DNA of 64,000 bases from an uncultured Actinomycetota bacterium (GTDB lineage Bacteria > Actinomycetota > Actinomycetes > CAVWCF01). Below the pieces are notes generated by a model that was not told where the DNA came from, made no database searches, and saw only the letters and a list, made by a program, of their open reading frames with translations. The position numbers and the translations under genes were made by a program. The stretch is from assembly GCA_963753435.1 (NCBI GenBank), contig CAVWCF010000001.1, positions 1,088,001 through 1,152,000 of the forward strand, read 5' to 3'. Below are positions 1-11,625 of the stretch, one piece after another. Each line of letters starts with the position of its first letter. Within the stretch, counting starts at the first letter, position 1.

Positions 1-521
1 CGCAGGCCGCTCAAGGAGTTCGGTACTGCGGCGAGCAGGTGTTCCAGGTAGCGCTCGGCACCGTCATCCAGGGTCCGCACGCGGCCGACAGCGGCGCCGG
101 TGGGCCGATCCCAGGGTTCGTTGAGCCGGTCCTCGATGGCGTCCTCGACGGCGTCGGGCAGTTTGCGGCCGCCCGCGGCGAACAACTTGATGCCGTTGTC
201 GGGCGCAGGGTTATGCGATGCCGAGAGCATCACGCCCAGGTCGGCGCCCAGGTCGGCGGTGAGGAAGGCCAGCGCCGGGGTCGGGACCACGCCGGCGTCG
301 GCAACGTCCATGCCCGCGCTGGACAGTCCGGCGATGACCGCCGCAGAGAGGAATTCCCCACTGGCACGTGGGTCTCGACCCACCACAGCCGTTCGCCGCC
401 GACTGCCGTCGGCCTCGGACAGGATGTGGGCTGCCGAGACGGCGACCTCGAGGGCGATCTCGGCGGTGAGGTCCGCGTTCGCGAGTCCCCGGATCCCGTC
501 AGTGCCGAAGAGCCGGCCCAA
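1..521 (-). CDS. glmM: phosphoglucosamine mutase, 5' part (runs off window)
   Basis: Manual translation from TTG at 521: [15 protein letters not shown]...[11 protein letters not shown]...[17 protein letters not shown]; SASHNP phosphoserine motif; follows rpsI. Confidence 0.95.
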   Translation of the reverse strand, partial: MGRLFGTDGIRGLANADLTAEIALEVAVSAAHILSEADGSRRRTAVVGRDPRASGEFLSAAVIAGLSSAGMDVADAGVVPTPALAFLTADLGADLGVMLSASHNPAPDNGIKLFAAGGRKLPDAVEDAIEDRLNEPWDRPTGAAVGRVRTLDDGAERYLEHLLAAVPNSLSGL

Positions 522-524
522 CGA

Positions 525-1037
525 TCAGCGCTTGCTGTACTGGGGAGCCTTGCGGGCCTTCTTCAGGCCGTACTTGCGACGCTCCTTGGCCCGGGGGTCA
601 CGCGTGAGGAAGCCGGCCTTCTTCAGCCCCGGGCGGTTGCCGTCGGTGTCGACCTCGTTGAGCGCCCGCGCCACACCCAGCCGCAGGGCGCCGGCCTGAC
701 CGGAGACACCGCCACCGTGGATGCGCGCGACCACGTCGTAACGACCGTCCATGCCGAGCAGCACCAGCGGCTCCTTGACCGTCTGCTGGTGCACCTTGTT
801 CGGGAAGTACTCCTCAAGCGAGCGGCCGTTGACCGTCCACTTGCCGGTTCCAGGCGTGATGCGCACCCGCGCAACGGCCTCCTTGCGTCGGCCGGTGGCC
901 GCGCCGGGGCCGGTGGTCGCAGGACCGGCGGGACGGGCCGGGGCCTCGGTCTCGCTGGTGTAGGCGACCGCCTCAGCGGCGCCCTCGACCTCAGCGGCGC
1001 CTTCGACGTCGGCGATTGTTGCAGTCTCGTCCGTCAC
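525..1037 (-). CDS. rpsI: 30S ribosomal protein S9
   Basis: [12 protein letters not shown]...[14 protein letters not shown]...KAPQYSKR; GTG start at 1037 with AGGAG upstream. Confidence 0.97.
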   Translation of the reverse strand: MTDETATIADVEGAAEVEGAAEAVAYTSETEAPARPAGPATTGPGAATGRRKEAVARVRITPGTGKWTVNGRSLEEYFPNKVHQQTVKEPLVLLGMDGRYDVVARIHGGGVSGQAGALRLGVARALNEVDTDGNRPGLKKAGFLTRDPRAKERRKYGLKKARKAPQYSKR

Positions 1038-1065
1038 GAACCGGTCTCCTTGAATCCTGGCTGAG

Positions 1066-1509
1066 TTACTGAGCGATCTGGGTGATCTCGAAGGGCACCG
1101 GCTGCTGCGCTGCATGCGGGTGATCCGGGCCCGAGTAGACCTTGAGCTTGCTGATCTGGGCGCGGCCCAGGCGGTTGTGCGGAAGCATCCCCTTGACGGC
1201 CTTCTCAACCGCGCGGCGGGGGTTGGTCTCCAGCAACTCCGCGTAGGAGGTCGCCCGCAGGCCGCCGGGGAACCCGGAGTGCCGATAGGCGGTCTTCTGC
1301 TCCCGCTTGGACCCGGTCAGGGCCACCTTGTCCGCGTTGATGATCACGACGAAGTCACCGGTGTCCACATGCGGGGCGAAGATCGGCTTGTGCTTGCCGC
1401 GCAGCAGCGTGGCGGCCTGGGTGGCCAGGCGACCGAGCACCACGTCAGTGGCGTCAATGACGTACCACTGGCGCTGAACGTCACCGGGCTTGGGGCTGTA
1501 GGTGCGCAC
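1066..1509 (-). CDS. rplM: 50S ribosomal protein L13
   Basis: [34 protein letters not shown]. Confidence 0.98.
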   Translation of the reverse strand: MRTYSPKPGDVQRQWYVIDATDVVLGRLATQAATLLRGKHKPIFAPHVDTGDFVVIINADKVALTGSKREQKTAYRHSGFPGGLRATSYAELLETNPRRAVEKAVKGMLPHNRLGRAQISKLKVYSGPDHPHAAQQPVPFEITQIAQ

Positions 1510-1633
1510 GTGTCGTCGCTTTCGTATCTCGATGTGGATGCCCGTCCGGAGGACCGAGCGGGTTCGCCCCAGACGGCGCGACCCGCCAAGGCAATGTGCA
1601 CAGCGATACCGCGCCCATCAGGGCAACCCGTGG

Positions 1634-1663
1634 AGCGTACCCGCAGCGGCAGCACAGGGTCAA
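1634..1663 (-). promoter_or_regulatory. sigma-A type promoter of rplM-rpsI-glmM
   Basis: TTGACC (1663-1658), 18-nt spacer, TACGCT (1639-1634). Confidence 0.75.
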
Positions 1664-1694
1664 AAGCGGGCGGCGGCTGCAGGGCCGGCCCCGT

Positions 1695-2579
1695 TCACGC
1701 GCGGGCACCGGCCGGACGCTCCCCCCGGTAGGACCGAGCCTGGGCGGCGCGGGCGGCCAGCTCCCCGTCGGCGGGGTACCGGACCTCCTCCAGGCACAAG
1801 CCGGACGGGCCGACGACCGTGACGCGCGGGTCCCGTTCGCCGGCGGCCAGCACCTCAGCGGGGAAATTGACGTCCCGACGGCCGTCGCCGACCGGCAAGA
1901 GAGCCCCCACCAGGGCCCGCACCATCGAATGGCAGAAGGCATCCGCCCGGACGCGGGCCACGGCGACGCCGTCACTGTCCCTGGACCACGAGTACTCCAG
2001 CAGCCGTCGGACCGTCGAGGCACCTTCACGGCGGCGGCACATGGCCGCGAAGTCGTGCTCGCCCAGGAGCGCAGCCGCCGCGACGTTCATCCGCTCCAAG
2101 TCGAGGTGGCGCCGATGGGCCAGCGTGTCCCGCCGTCGCGTCGGGTCGACCACGCCGTCGGCGACCCGATAGGAGTACCGCCGCCAAATCGCGCCGAAGC
2201 GCGCGTCGAAACCCGCAGGCGCCACCGCCACCCGAAGCACTGCCACATCCGCAGGCAGCAGCCCGGTCAGGCGCGCGCGCAGGTCGGCCAACGCGGGGGC
2301 GGCTGACCCTGCCGGTACGTCGCCGATCCCGTCGGCGGCCACGTCGCAGTGCACCACCTGACCCCGCGCGTGCACGCCGGCGTCGGTGCGACCGGCGCAG
2401 GTCGTGCCGACCGGTTGGCCAAGAGCGGTCCCCAGCGCCCGCTCGAGTTCACCTTGAACAGTGCGCCGCTGTGGCTGAATCGCCCACCCGGAGAAGTCCG
2501 TGCCGTCGTAGGCGACGTCCAGACGCAAGCGAACGGGCCCGCCTCCTGAGGTGGCGGGCCCGTTCAACTCAACACTCAC
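1695..2579 (-). CDS. truA: tRNA pseudouridine(38-40) synthase
   Basis: [37 protein letters not shown]. Confidence 0.96.
   Translation of the reverse strand: MSVELNGPATSGGGPVRLRLDVAYDGTDFSGWAIQPQRRTVQGELERALGTALGQPVGTTCAGRTDAGVHARGQVVHCDVAADGIGDVPAGSAAPALADLRARLTGLLPADVAVLRVAVAPAGFDARFGAIWRRYSYRVADGVVDPTRRRDTLAHRRHLDLERMNVAAAALLGEHDFAAMCRRREGASTVRRLLEYSWSRDSDGVAVARVRADAFCHSMVRALVGALLPVGDGRRDVNFPAEVLAAGERDPRVTVVGPSGLCLEEVRYPADGELAARAAQARSYRGERPAGARA
2531..2565 (-). terminator. 13-bp GC hairpin just downstream of rplQ, inside the 5' end of truA
   Basis: gaacgggcccgcc-N9-ggcgggcccgttc perfect inverted repeat. Confidence 0.6.
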
Positions 2580-3246
2580 TCGGACTTGGCGGTTTCCTCG
2601 GACTCGTCAGACTCGTCGGCTTCCTCAGCCGCGTGGCTTCCTCGGCCTCGTCGGCTTCCTCAGCCGCGTCGGAGTCAGCAGCCTCGTCGGAGTCGGCAGT
2701 CTCGGCCTCATCTGCCACTGCGGACTCCGCGGCTTCGTCGGCCGCATCCGCCTCGGCGTCAGCCGCAACCGTCTCCTCCGCGGCGGCCTCGTCGGCAGCA
2801 ACCACAGCCGGCTCAGCCTTCTTCTTGCGGTCCTTGGCGGACCGCTTCGTGGCAGCTTCGGCCTCACCGACCGCGGCCTGCTGAACCGTGAGGGCCTCGA
2901 CCAACTCGATCACGGCCATGGAGGCACCGTCACCGGCGCGCTGACCGGTCTTGACGATCCGGGTGTAGCCGCCGGGGCGGTTCTCGTAGCGTGGGCCGAT
3001 CTCGGTGAAGAGCTCGTGAACCACGGACTTGTCGCGGATGACCGAAGCAACCTGGCGACGCGCATGCAGGTCGCCACGCTTGGCCTTGCTGATGAGCTTC
3101 TCCGCGAACGGGCGCAGCTTGCGGGCCTTGGCCTCGGTCGTCGTGATCCGGCCGTTCTCGAACAGCGCTGTGGCCAGGTTGGCCAACATCAACCGTTGAT
3201 GCGCCGGGCTGCCGCCGAGGCGGGGTCCCTTGCTGGGCTTGGGCAT
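2569..3246 (-). CDS. rplQ: 50S ribosomal protein L17 with acidic C-terminal tail; apparent 1-nt deletion near 2634 (corrected stop at 2576)
   Basis: [36 protein letters not shown]; tail switches from acidic to RLRKPTSL at the indel. Confidence 0.96.
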   Translation of the reverse strand: MPKPSKGPRLGGSPAHQRLMLANLATALFENGRITTTEAKARKLRPFAEKLISKAKRGDLHARRQVASVIRDKSVVHELFTEIGPRYENRPGGYTRIVKTGQRAGDGASMAVIELVEALTVQQAAVGEAEAATKRSAKDRKKKAEPAVVAADEAAAEETVAADAEADAADEAAESAVADEAETADSDEAADSDAAEEADEAEEATRLRKPTSLTSPRKPPSPSEC

Positions 3247-3276
3247 GAGTTCAGGTCTCCTGGTTTCTTAAAGCCG

Positions 3277-4293
3277 TCAGAGCTGCTCGGACTCGGCGTA
3301 GTCGCCGTCGTCGTCCGCACCGAAGCTGGTGACCGCCAGGCCCGGGTCGAACCCGGCCGGGCTGTCCTTGAGCGCGAGACCGAGGCCGGCCAACTTCTCC
3401 TTGACCTCGTCGATCGACTTCTGGCCGAAGTTGCGGATGTCCATGAGGTCGGCCTCGCTGCGGGCAACCAGGTCGCCCACCGTGTGCACGCCCTCGCGCT
3501 TGAGGCAGTTGTACGAGCGGACGGTCATGTCCAGGTCCTCGATCGGCAGCGCCAGGTCGGCGGCCAACTGCGCGTCCAGGGCGGTCGGGCCGAGCTCGAT
3601 GCCCTCAGCACCCAGGTTCAGGCCGTGCAGCAGACCGAAGAGCTCGACCAGAGTCCGGCCGGCCGACGCGACCGCGTCGCGCGGCAGCATGGACGCCTTG
3701 GTTTCCACCTCGACGACCAGTCGGTCGAAGTCGGTGCGCTGCTCGACACGGGTGGCCTCGACCTTGTAGGTCACGCGGGCCACCGGGGAGTAGATCGAGT
3801 CGACCAGGATGCGACCGATTTCCTGCTCGGCCTGCTTGTTCTGGGCCGCGGGAACGTAGCCACGGCCGCGCTCAACGGTGAGCTCGATCTCCAAGCGGCC
3901 CTTGTCGTTCAGCGTCGCCAGGTGCAGGTCGGGGTTGTGCACCTCCACACCAGCCGGCGGGGCGATGTCAGCCGCGGTCACCGGACCGGGGCCCTGCTTG
4001 CGCAGGTAGAGCACCACGGGCTCGTCGTGCTCGCTGGAAACCACGAGCTCCTTGATGTTCAGGACGAGGTCGACCACGTCCTCCTTGACACCAGGGACGG
4101 TGGAGAACTCGTGCAGCACGCCGTCGACGCGGATCGACGTGACCGCGGCGCCGGGGATGGACGACAGCAGCGTGCGACGCAGCGAGTTGCCGAGCGTGTA
4201 CCCGAAACCGGGCTCCAGCGGCTCGATGATGAACCGGGAACGGTTCTCGCTGATGGGCTCTTCGATGAGCGTGGGGCGTTGGGCGATGAGCAA
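3277..4293 (-). CDS. rpoA: RNA polymerase alpha subunit
   Basis: [43 protein letters not shown]. Confidence 0.99.
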   Translation of the reverse strand: MLIAQRPTLIEEPISENRSRFIIEPLEPGFGYTLGNSLRRTLLSSIPGAAVTSIRVDGVLHEFSTVPGVKEDVVDLVLNIKELVVSSEHDEPVVLYLRKQGPGPVTAADIAPPAGVEVHNPDLHLATLNDKGRLEIELTVERGRGYVPAAQNKQAEQEIGRILVDSIYSPVARVTYKVEATRVEQRTDFDRLVVEVETKASMLPRDAVASAGRTLVELFGLLHGLNLGAEGIELGPTALDAQLAADLALPIEDLDMTVRSYNCLKREGVHTVGDLVARSEADLMDIRNFGQKSIDEVKEKLAGLGLALKDSPAGFDPGLAVTSFGADDDGDYAESEQL

Positions 4294-4397
4294 GGTTCTG
4301 CCTCCAGTCTCGGGCGACCGCTATTTGACGCCCGTATGGGGTCGGCCCCGAAGGGCCTCCTGGCGGCGGGATCGGCCCACCGCCAGGGATTCGAGGA

Positions 4398-5024
4398 CTA
4401 CTTGGAGTAGAGCTCGACGATCAGTTGCTCGGTCACCTGGGTGTCGATGACCTCACGGGTCGGCAAGTTGTGCACGAGGATGCGCATCCGGTTGGGGATG
4501 ACCTCCAGCCAGGCCGGAACCGTCTTCTCGCCGGCCTCGGCGCGAGCGACCACGAACGGCGTCATGTCCCAGCTCTTCTGCCGGACCTCGACGATGTCGT
4601 GCGGCCGCACCCGGTACGACGGGATGTCGACCTTCTTGCCGTTGACGGTGATGTGGCCGTGGCGCACCAGTTGGCGGGCCATGTCGCGCGACTTGGCGAA
4701 GCCGGCTCGGTACACGACGTTGTCCAGGCGCGACTCCAGGATGACCAGGAGGTTCTCACCGGTCTTGCCGGGACGCCGCTGGGCTTCTTCGTAGTAGCCG
4801 CGGAACTGCTTCTCCAGCACGCCGTAGATGCGGGCGGCCTTCTGCTTCTCCCGCTTCTGCAGCAGGTATTCGCTCTCCTTGACCCGGCCACGGCCGTGCT
4901 GACCCGGCGGGTAGGGGCGGATCTCAATGGGGCACTTCGGCGAGTCGCACTTGCTGCCCTTGAGGTACAGCTTGACCTTCTCGCGGCGGCAGCGCTTGCA
5001 GTCTGCTCCGGTGTAACGAGCCAT
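4398..5024 (-). CDS. rpsD: 30S ribosomal protein S4 (Cys-containing form)
   Basis: [39 protein letters not shown]. Confidence 0.99.
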   Translation of the reverse strand: MARYTGADCKRCRREKVKLYLKGSKCDSPKCPIEIRPYPPGQHGRGRVKESEYLLQKREKQKAARIYGVLEKQFRGYYEEAQRRPGKTGENLLVILESRLDNVVYRAGFAKSRDMARQLVRHGHITVNGKKVDIPSYRVRPHDIVEVRQKSWDMTPFVVARAEAGEKTVPAWLEVIPNRMRILVHNLPTREVIDTQVTEQLIVELYSK

Positions 5025-5040
5025 CGTTCTTCCTCCCGCC

Positions 5041-5439
5041 TCAGACCCGGCGCCGCTTGGGCGGACGGCAGCCGTTGTGCGGCTGCGGGGTCACATCTGC
5101 GATCGAGCCCACCTCCAGGCCGGTGGCCTGTAGCGAGCGGATCGCGGTCTCGCGGCCCGAACCCGGGCCCTTCACGAAAACGTCCACCTTGCGCATGCCG
5201 TGCTCCATGGCGCGACGTGCGGCGGCCTCAGCAGTCATCTGCGCCGCGAACGGCGTGGACTTGCGGGAGCCCTTGAAGCCGACCTGTCCGGCCGACGCCC
5301 ACGAGATCACGTTGCCGACGGGGTCGGTGATCGTGACGATCGTGTTGTTGAACGTGCTCTTGATGTGAGCGTGGCCGTGGGCCACGTTCTTCTTCTCCTT
5401 GCGGCGCACCTTCTTCGCGCCGGGTGTCTTTGGTGGCAT
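5041..5439 (-). CDS. rpsK: 30S ribosomal protein S11
   Basis: [34 protein letters not shown]. Confidence 0.99.
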   Translation of the reverse strand: MPPKTPGAKKVRRKEKKNVAHGHAHIKSTFNNTIVTITDPVGNVISWASAGQVGFKGSRKSTPFAAQMTAEAAARRAMEHGMRKVDVFVKGPGSGRETAIRSLQATGLEVGSIADVTPQPHNGCRPPKRRRV

Positions 5440-5486
5440 CTGTTCTCACGTACTCCTGAGTTCTGGGGAATCCCGTCGGACGGGGA

Positions 5487-5864
5487 CTACTTGGTCGGCT
5501 TCTTCTTGCCGGCAATTGCCCGACGGGGGCCCTTGCGCGTGCGGGCGTTGGTGTGGGTGCGCTGGCCACGAACCGGGAGGCCCTTGCGGTGCCGGATCCC
5601 CTGGTAGGTGCCGATCTCCACCTTGCGGCGGATGTCCGCGGCCACCTCGCGCCGCAGGTCACCCTCAACCTGGTACTTCTCCTCGATGTGATCGCGGAGC
5701 TTCACCAGGTCGTCGTCGCCCAGGTCCGCGGCGCGCATGTCCGGGCTGATGCCCGTAGCCGCCAAGGTCTCCTGGGCGCGGGAACGCCCGATGCCATAGA
5801 TGTACGTGAGCGCTACCTCGAGCCGCTTGTCGCGGGGGAGGTCGACGCCGAGCAGTCGTGCCAT
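5487..5864 (-). CDS. rpsM: 30S ribosomal protein S13
   Basis: [35 protein letters not shown]. Confidence 0.99.
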   Translation of the reverse strand: MARLLGVDLPRDKRLEVALTYIYGIGRSRAQETLAATGISPDMRAADLGDDDLVKLRDHIEEKYQVEGDLRREVAADIRRKVEIGTYQGIRHRKGLPVRGQRTHTNARTRKGPRRAIAGKKKPTK

Positions 5865-5869
5865 GCGGG

Positions 5870-5990
5870 CCGTTGTTCCTTTCCTAAGCGGAGGTCTCGC
5901 TCAGCACCGGTCCTGCCGGCCAGGCAGGTCCTCGGCCTCCGACCGAGGGTTTCGTCCGGCGCTCCGGCACGCGGAGCGCTGGGGACGGGT
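5870..5990 (-). promoter_or_regulatory. structured leader between rpmJ and rpsM (candidate pseudoknot)
   Basis: Three short hairpins; loop CGGAGG is complementary to CCTCCG just 5' of the rpsM SD. Confidence 0.5.
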
Positions 5991-6012
5991 GCTGCGCCAT
6001 TTCGTTGTCGAG

Positions 6013-6126
6013 TCAGCCTTGCCGCTGCTTGTGGCGGGCGTTCTCGCAGATGACCATGACCCGTCCGTGCCGGCGGATCACCTTGCACTTGTCGCAGATC
6101 TTCTTGACGCTGGGTTGAACCTTCAT
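6013..6126 (-). CDS. rpmJ: 50S ribosomal protein L36 (Zn-ribbon form)
   Basis: Manual translation [37 protein letters not shown]; not in ORF track. Confidence 0.98.
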   Translation of the reverse strand: MKVQPSVKKICDKCKVIRRHGRVMVICENARHKQRQG

Positions 6127-6181
6127 CACACGCTCCGGACACCGGCTTGAAAGGCGCCACGGCGCCCACAGCATTGGACTG

Positions 6182-6403
6182 TCACTTGTATCGGTAAACG
6201 ATGCGCCCGCGGGTGAGGTCGTACGGGCTGAGCTCCACCACCACGCGGTCCTCGGGGAGGATCCGGATGTAGTGCTGGCGCATCTTCCCGCTGATGTGCG
6301 CGAGAACCTTGTGCCCGTTGGCGAGTTCTACCCGGAACATGGCGTTCGGGAGGGACTCCACGACCGTGCCTTCCAGCTCGATGGCACCGTCTTTCTTGGG
6401 CAT
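6182..6403 (-). CDS. infA: translation initiation factor IF-1
   Basis: [43 protein letters not shown]; ATG at 6403. Confidence 0.98.
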   Translation of the reverse strand: MPKKDGAIELEGTVVESLPNAMFRVELANGHKVLAHISGKMRQHYIRILPEDRVVVELSPYDLTRGRIVYRYK

Positions 6404-6544
6404 TACGGAACTCGTCGTCCTCTCGGGTTTGTCGTCCGGGCGGGTGTGCCCGAACCAGCATCGCCGACCCGTCGAGAGCCAATCCACGCCAAAACCCCAG
6501 CCGCAGGGCGTGACAGATGTGGCAGACCAACGGGCCGAGGAGCA

Positions 6545-6550
6545 AGTCTA
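6545..6550 (-). promoter_or_regulatory. candidate -10 element for infA/alpha operon
   Basis: TAGACT in the map-infA gap; no convincing -35. Confidence 0.45.
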
Positions 6551-6581
6551 CGCAGAACGGCGGCTGAGGGGAAATCCGGTG

Positions 6582-7382
6582 TCAGGCCGCACCGCAGGCC
6601 ACGCCCAGGCCCGCCAGCCGCTGCGCGCCGCCGTCCGGCGCGGTCAGGACCCACGGCCCGGCCTCGGTAATCGCCACGGTGTGCTCGAAGTGGGCCGCGC
6701 GGGAGCTGTCGGCGGTCACCACCGTCCAGTCATCGGCCAGCACCCGGCTGTCGCCGGTCCCTTGCGTGATCATGGGCTCGATGGCGATCACCATGCCGGC
6801 ACGCAATCGCAAGCCCCGGCCCGCCCGGCCCTCGTTCGGCACCGGGGGATCCATGTGCATTTCCGTGCCGATGCCGTGGCCGACGTAGCCGTCCAGGATC
6901 CCGTACTCGCCGGCCGTCGCCACGTGCCCGGAGACCGCCGCACCGATGTCCCCCATGCGCCCACCCACCTGAGCCGCCGCCAAGCCCGCCCAGAGGGCAC
7001 CCTCGGTGGCGGCCATGAGGGCTGCGTCTGCCGCCGTGGGCTCCCCCACGGTGACCGTGAACGCGGCGTCGCCGTGCCAGCCGTCCACGATCGCGCCGCA
7101 GTCCACGCTGACGATGTCGCCTTGGTCCAACACCCGGGGCCCCGGGATGCCGTGCACGACCTCTTCGTTGACCGATACGCAGATGGTCGCCGGGTAGCCG
7201 AGGTAGCCGAGGAATGAGGGGGTCGCACCGGCCCGGCGGATCACGCCGGCCGCCACGGCGTCCAGGTCCGCGGTGGTGGCGCCGGCGGCGACGGTTTCCC
7301 GAACCGCGGCCAGGGCCTCGGCGACTACCAGGCCCGCGGATCGCATCCTGCGGATCTGGTCGGCGGACTTGAGCTGGATCAC
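6582..7382 (-). CDS. map: type I methionine aminopeptidase
   Basis: [44 protein letters not shown]. Confidence 0.97.
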   Translation of the reverse strand: MIQLKSADQIRRMRSAGLVVAEALAAVRETVAAGATTADLDAVAAGVIRRAGATPSFLGYLGYPATICVSVNEEVVHGIPGPRVLDQGDIVSVDCGAIVDGWHGDAAFTVTVGEPTAADAALMAATEGALWAGLAAAQVGGRMGDIGAAVSGHVATAGEYGILDGYVGHGIGTEMHMDPPVPNEGRAGRGLRLRAGMVIAIEPMITQGTGDSRVLADDWTVVTADSSRAAHFEHTVAITEAGPWVLTAPDGGAQRLAGLGVACGAA

Positions 7383-7957
7383 GCCTCGCCGACAGCGGTG
7401 TCGATTACCGCAACGACGCGCTCGGTGACCTCGTCGATGCTGCCGAGCCCGTCGACGGCGACCAGCAGGCCACGCTCGGAGTAGACATCGACCAGCGGTG
7501 CGGTCTGCTCGTTGTAGACGACCAGCCGTCGACGGATGATCTCTTCGGTGTCGTCACTGCGGCCCTGCTCGGCCGCTCGCAGCGTCAGTCGCGCTACCAG
7601 CTCCTCGGTGTCCGCGGTCAACTGCACGACCACGTCCAACTCGGCGTTGTGGCGCTTGAGCATGCGCTCCAACTCGTCCACCTGGGCCAAGGTGCGCGGG
7701 TAGCCGTCCAGCAGGAAGCCGGGTTCGGCGTCGGGCTCGTCGAGTCTGGCCTCGACCATCTCGTTGGTGATCTCGTCGGGCACGTACTCGCCGGCGTTCA
7801 GGTACCCCTGGGCGGTGCGCCCCAGTTCAGTCCCCTCGGCGACATTGCGCCGGAAGATGTCTCCGGTTGAAACCGCGGGGATGCCGTAGCGGCCGGCGAT
7901 TCGGGCAGCCTGCGTCCCCTTGCCCGCACCAGGCGGGCCCATGAGGACGATGCGCAC
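7379..7957 (-). CDS. adk: adenylate kinase (short-LID type)
   Basis: [31 protein letters not shown]. Confidence 0.98.
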   Translation of the reverse strand: MRIVLMGPPGAGKGTQAARIAGRYGIPAVSTGDIFRRNVAEGTELGRTAQGYLNAGEYVPDEITNEMVEARLDEPDAEPGFLLDGYPRTLAQVDELERMLKRHNAELDVVVQLTADTEELVARLTLRAAEQGRSDDTEEIIRRRLVVYNEQTAPLVDVYSERGLLVAVDGLGSIDEVTERVVAVIDTAVGEA

Positions 7958-7982
7958 GCGTACTCCTCTTCTTCCTGGCGGA

Positions 7983-9278
7983 TTAGCGCAGGAAACCTTC
8001 GTAGTTGCGCTGCTGCAACTGGCTCTCGATCTGCTTCACGGTGTCGAGGCCGACGCCGACCATGATCAGGATCGATGTGCCGCCGAAGGGGAAGTTCTGG
8101 CTGGCGTTGATGAGGCCGAAGGCGACGATCGGGATCACCGCGATCACGCCGAGGTACAAGGCACCGGCCGCCGTCAACCGGGAGAGCACGTACTCCAGGT
8201 ACTCAGCAGTGGGCCGTCCTGGTCGGATCCCGGGGATGAAGCCGCCGTACTTCTTCATGTTGTCGGCGACCTCGGTCGGGTTGAACGTGATCGCGACGTA
8301 GAAGTACGTGAAGAAGACGATGAGGGCGAAGTAGATCGCCACGTACAGGGCGTTGTCGGTGTTGACGAAGTAGCGCTGCAGCCACTGCGACCAGCCCGAC
8401 TCGGTGCCGGCTATCTGCACCAGCAGGCTGGGTAGGTACAACAGCGACGAACCGAAGATGACCGGGATGACGCCGGCCTGGTTCACCTTGATGGGGATGT
8501 ACGTGGAGGTGCCGCCGTACTGGCGCCGCCCAACCTGACGCTTTGCGTACTGAACCGGGATGCGCCGCTGCGCCTGCTCGACGAAGACCACACCGGCTAC
8601 CAAGGCAAGTCCGACGGCGATGACGACGGCGAAGACCAGCCAGCCGTTGGTCCGGTAGATGGCCCACACCGAACCGGGGAACCCGGCAACGATCGAGGTG
8701 AAGATCAGCAGGGACATCCCGTTGCCGACGCCACGGTCGGTGATGAGTTCGCCCAGCCACATGATTACCGCCGTACCGGCGGTCATGGTGGTGACCATCA
8801 AGGCCAGCACCCAGATGTCGTCAACCGGAACCAGGTCCTCGTTGCAGCCCTGGAACAACTGGCCGGGGGTCTGGGCGATCGCGACCAACGCGGTCGACTG
8901 CAGCACGGCCAGACCGATGGTCAGGTAGCGGGTGTACTGGGTCAATTGCGACTGACCCTCGGAGCCCTCCGCACGCAACGCCTCAAACCGCGGGATCACC
9001 ACGGTGAGCAACTGCACGATGATGCTCGCGGTGATGTACGGCATGATGCCGAGCGCGAAAATCGACAGTTGCAGCAGCGCGCCGCCGCTGAAGAGGTTGA
9101 CCAGGCCGTAGAGGCTGTTGTCCGAGACCTGATCCAGGCAGACCTGGATGGCGCCGAAGTCGACACCCGGAACCGGCATGACCGCGCCAATGCGGAACAG
9201 CGTGATGATGGCCAGGGTGAAGAGCAGCTTGCGCCGGAGGTCCGGCGTGCGGAACGCACGACCGAAAACGCTGAGCAT
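7983..9278 (-). CDS. secY: preprotein translocase SecY
   Basis: [44 protein letters not shown]. Confidence 0.99.
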   Translation of the reverse strand: MLSVFGRAFRTPDLRRKLLFTLAIITLFRIGAVMPVPGVDFGAIQVCLDQVSDNSLYGLVNLFSGGALLQLSIFALGIMPYITASIIVQLLTVVIPRFEALRAEGSEGQSQLTQYTRYLTIGLAVLQSTALVAIAQTPGQLFQGCNEDLVPVDDIWVLALMVTTMTAGTAVIMWLGELITDRGVGNGMSLLIFTSIVAGFPGSVWAIYRTNGWLVFAVVIAVGLALVAGVVFVEQAQRRIPVQYAKRQVGRRQYGGTSTYIPIKVNQAGVIPVIFGSSLLYLPSLLVQIAGTESGWSQWLQRYFVNTDNALYVAIYFALIVFFTYFYVAITFNPTEVADNMKKYGGFIPGIRPGRPTAEYLEYVLSRLTAAGALYLGVIAVIPIVAFGLINASQNFPFGGTSILIMVGVGLDTVKQIESQLQQRNYEGFLR

Positions 9279-9443
9279 GGTGTCGGCTCCTCCAAGCGCT
9301 GCGGTCTTTCGACCTACTCTCCCGGCGGGGCCTTCGGCTGACCGGTCCGGCGAAGCCTAACCGACACCCCTCGCGGCCCCCGCCGGGCCGCTAGGAACGC
9401 CGCGGGGGCAACTGCAGCGCAGCAGCCCCCGGCGACGTAGCCA

Positions 9444-9887
9444 TCAGAGGACGGAGACGGTGCCCCCGGCCCCCTTGATCTTGGTCTCGGCCGCGGCCGA
9501 GAACTTGTGTGCGGACACGGTAAGTGCCACCGATAGGTCCCCGTTGCCGAGAATCTTGACCGGCTCGCCCTTGCGTACCGCACCCTTCGCAACGAGGTCC
9601 TCCGGCGTGACCTCGCCACCGGACGGGTACAGCGCAGCCAGAGTGGCGACGTTGACGACCTGGTACTCGACCCGGAACGGGTTGGTGAACCCGCGGAGTT
9701 TGGGCAGCCGCATGTGCAGCGGCATCTGCCCACCCTCGAAGTTGGCCGGCACGTTCTTACGCGCCCCGGTGCCCTTGGTGCCGCGGCCGGCGGTCTTGCC
9801 GCCCTTGCCCGCTACACCGCGACCGACCCGCTTGCGATCGGACTTGGCGCCCGGCGCGGGACGCAGGTGATGGACCTTGATAGCCAT
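9444..9887 (-). CDS. rplO: 50S ribosomal protein L15
   Basis: [31 protein letters not shown]; ATG at 9887. Confidence 0.98.
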   Translation of the reverse strand: MAIKVHHLRPAPGAKSDRKRVGRGVAGKGGKTAGRGTKGTGARKNVPANFEGGQMPLHMRLPKLRGFTNPFRVEYQVVNVATLAALYPSGGEVTPEDLVAKGAVRKGEPVKILGNGDLSVALTVSAHKFSAAAETKIKGAGGTVSVL

Positions 9888-9888
9888 T

Positions 9889-10071
9889 TCAGTCAACCTC
9901 CTCGACCGCGACCAGGTGGGAGACGACGTCGACCATCCCCCGCAACTCCGGGCGGTCTTCCTTCACAACGGTGTCGCCGATACGGCGCAGGCCCAGCGAG
10001 CGCATGGTGTCGCGCTGGTTCGGCTTGCCACCGATGACGGACTTCGTCTGCGTGACCTTGAGTCGACCCAT
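9889..10071 (-). CDS. rpmD: 50S ribosomal protein L30
   Basis: [30 protein letters not shown]; ATG overlaps the rpsE stop (TGATG). Confidence 0.97.
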   Translation of the reverse strand: MGRLKVTQTKSVIGGKPNQRDTMRSLGLRRIGDTVVKEDRPELRGMVDVVSHLVAVEEVD

Positions 10072-10661
10072 CACGAACCTGCCTCGGACATTGCGCGAAG
10101 CAGGCCCTTGGGAGCCACCTCTTCGACCTCCTTGCCGCGGCGCTTGGCCACATCGGCGGCCGACTCCAAGCTCTGCAGGGCGGCCACCGTGGCGTGCACG
10201 ATGTTCAGCGCGTTGTCGCTGCCCAGGGACTTGGTGAGCACGTCGTTGACGCCGGCGCACTCCAGCACGGCACGCACCGGGCCACCGGCGATGATCCCGG
10301 TACCGGGGCTGGCCGGGCGCAGCATGACCACACCGGCGGCCTTCTCGCCCTGAACCGCGTGCGGGATCGTGTTCTGCACCCGCGGCACGGTGAAGAAGTT
10401 CTTGCGAGCCTCCTCGACGCCCTTGGCGATCGCCGCGGGCACCTCCTTGGCCTTGCCGTAGCCGACGCCGACCTTGCCTTCGCCGTCGCCGACGACCACC
10501 AGGGCGGTGAAGCTGAACCGACGTCCGCCCTTAACGACCTTCGAAACGCGGTTGATCGTGACGACCCGCTCCAGGAAGGGGCTCTTCTCCGGAGCCCCGC
10601 CGTCACGACGCCCGTCCCGACGGTCCCGGCGCTCGCCGGATCCTCGAGTATTGGCTGCCAT
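10071..10661 (-). CDS. rpsE: 30S ribosomal protein S5
   Basis: [33 protein letters not shown]. Confidence 0.99.
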   Translation of the reverse strand: MAANTRGSGERRDRRDGRRDGGAPEKSPFLERVVTINRVSKVVKGGRRFSFTALVVVGDGEGKVGVGYGKAKEVPAAIAKGVEEARKNFFTVPRVQNTIPHAVQGEKAAGVVMLRPASPGTGIIAGGPVRAVLECAGVNDVLTKSLGSDNALNIVHATVAALQSLESAADVAKRRGKEVEEVAPKGLLRAMSEAGS

Positions 10662-10686
10662 TAGTTAATTCCTTCTCTCGTGACGG

Positions 10687-11073
10687 TCAGAAGTCCAGGC
10701 CGCCCTCACGGGCGCCTTCTGCTAGAGCCGCTACGCGGCCGTGGTACCGGTTGCCGCCGCGGTCGAACACCACGGCCTCGACACCGGCCTGCTTGGCCCG
10801 CTCGGCGAGGCGCTGCCCCACCTGACGCGCCTTGGCGGTCTTGTCGCCGGATGCGCCGCGGACTTCGTTCTCCATAGTGGAGGCCGACGCCAGCGTGCGA
10901 CCGACGGTGTCGTCCACGACCTGGGCCACCATGTGGCGTGCCGAACGCGTGACCACCAAACGCGGACGCTGGGCGGTGCCGTTGACGCGCTTGCGCACCC
11001 GCAGGTGGCGGCGACGCCGACGCACCTGCGTCAACGGGGCCCCACGGGAGGGGCGACCGATCTGGCTCGCCAT
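10687..11073 (-). CDS. rplR: 50S ribosomal protein L18
   Basis: [31 protein letters not shown]. Confidence 0.98.
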   Translation of the reverse strand: MASQIGRPSRGAPLTQVRRRRRHLRVRKRVNGTAQRPRLVVTRSARHMVAQVVDDTVGRTLASASTMENEVRGASGDKTAKARQVGQRLAERAKQAGVEAVVFDRGGNRYHGRVAALAEGAREGGLDF

Positions 11074-11076
11074 GGC

Positions 11077-11616
11077 TTACTTCCCTGCCTTTCCGACCTT
11101 GCGCTTGACCTGCTCACCCGCGTAGCGAATGCCCTTGCCCTTGTACGGCTCCGGCTTCCTCAGCTTGCGGATGTTCGCGGCCACCTGTCCGACCTGCTGC
11201 TTGTCGATGCCGGACACGCTGAACTTCGTGGGGGACTCGACCGCGAAGTCGATCCCCTCGGGGGCGGTGACGGTGACCGGGTGGCTGAAACCGAGAGCGA
11301 ACTCCAGGTCGCTGCCCTTTGCCTGCACCCGGTAGCCGACTCCGACGATCTCCAGGTCCTTGCGGTACCCGTTGGCGACCCCGGCGATCATGTTGGCGAT
11401 CAGCGTGCGCGTCAAACCGTGCAACGAGCGGGACTCGCGGCCGTCATCGGGCCGGTCCACCACGATCGTGCCGTCCTCGTCCCGGCGCACGGTAAGCGGC
11501 GCCGGCACGGTGTGCTCCAGCGAGCCCTTGGCGCCCTTGACGGTGACCACGTTGCCGTCGAGGGCGACCTCGACGCCGGCGGGCACCGGAATGGGCTGAC
11601 GTCCAATTCGCGACAT
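11077..11616 (-). CDS. rplF: 50S ribosomal protein L6
   Basis: [25 protein letters not shown]. Confidence 0.99.
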   Translation of the reverse strand: MSRIGRQPIPVPAGVEVALDGNVVTVKGAKGSLEHTVPAPLTVRRDEDGTIVVDRPDDGRESRSLHGLTRTLIANMIAGVANGYRKDLEIVGVGYRVQAKGSDLEFALGFSHPVTVTAPEGIDFAVESPTKFSVSGIDKQQVGQVAANIRKLRKPEPYKGKGIRYAGEQVKRKVGKAGK

Positions 11617-11625
11617 TTCCCCGCC

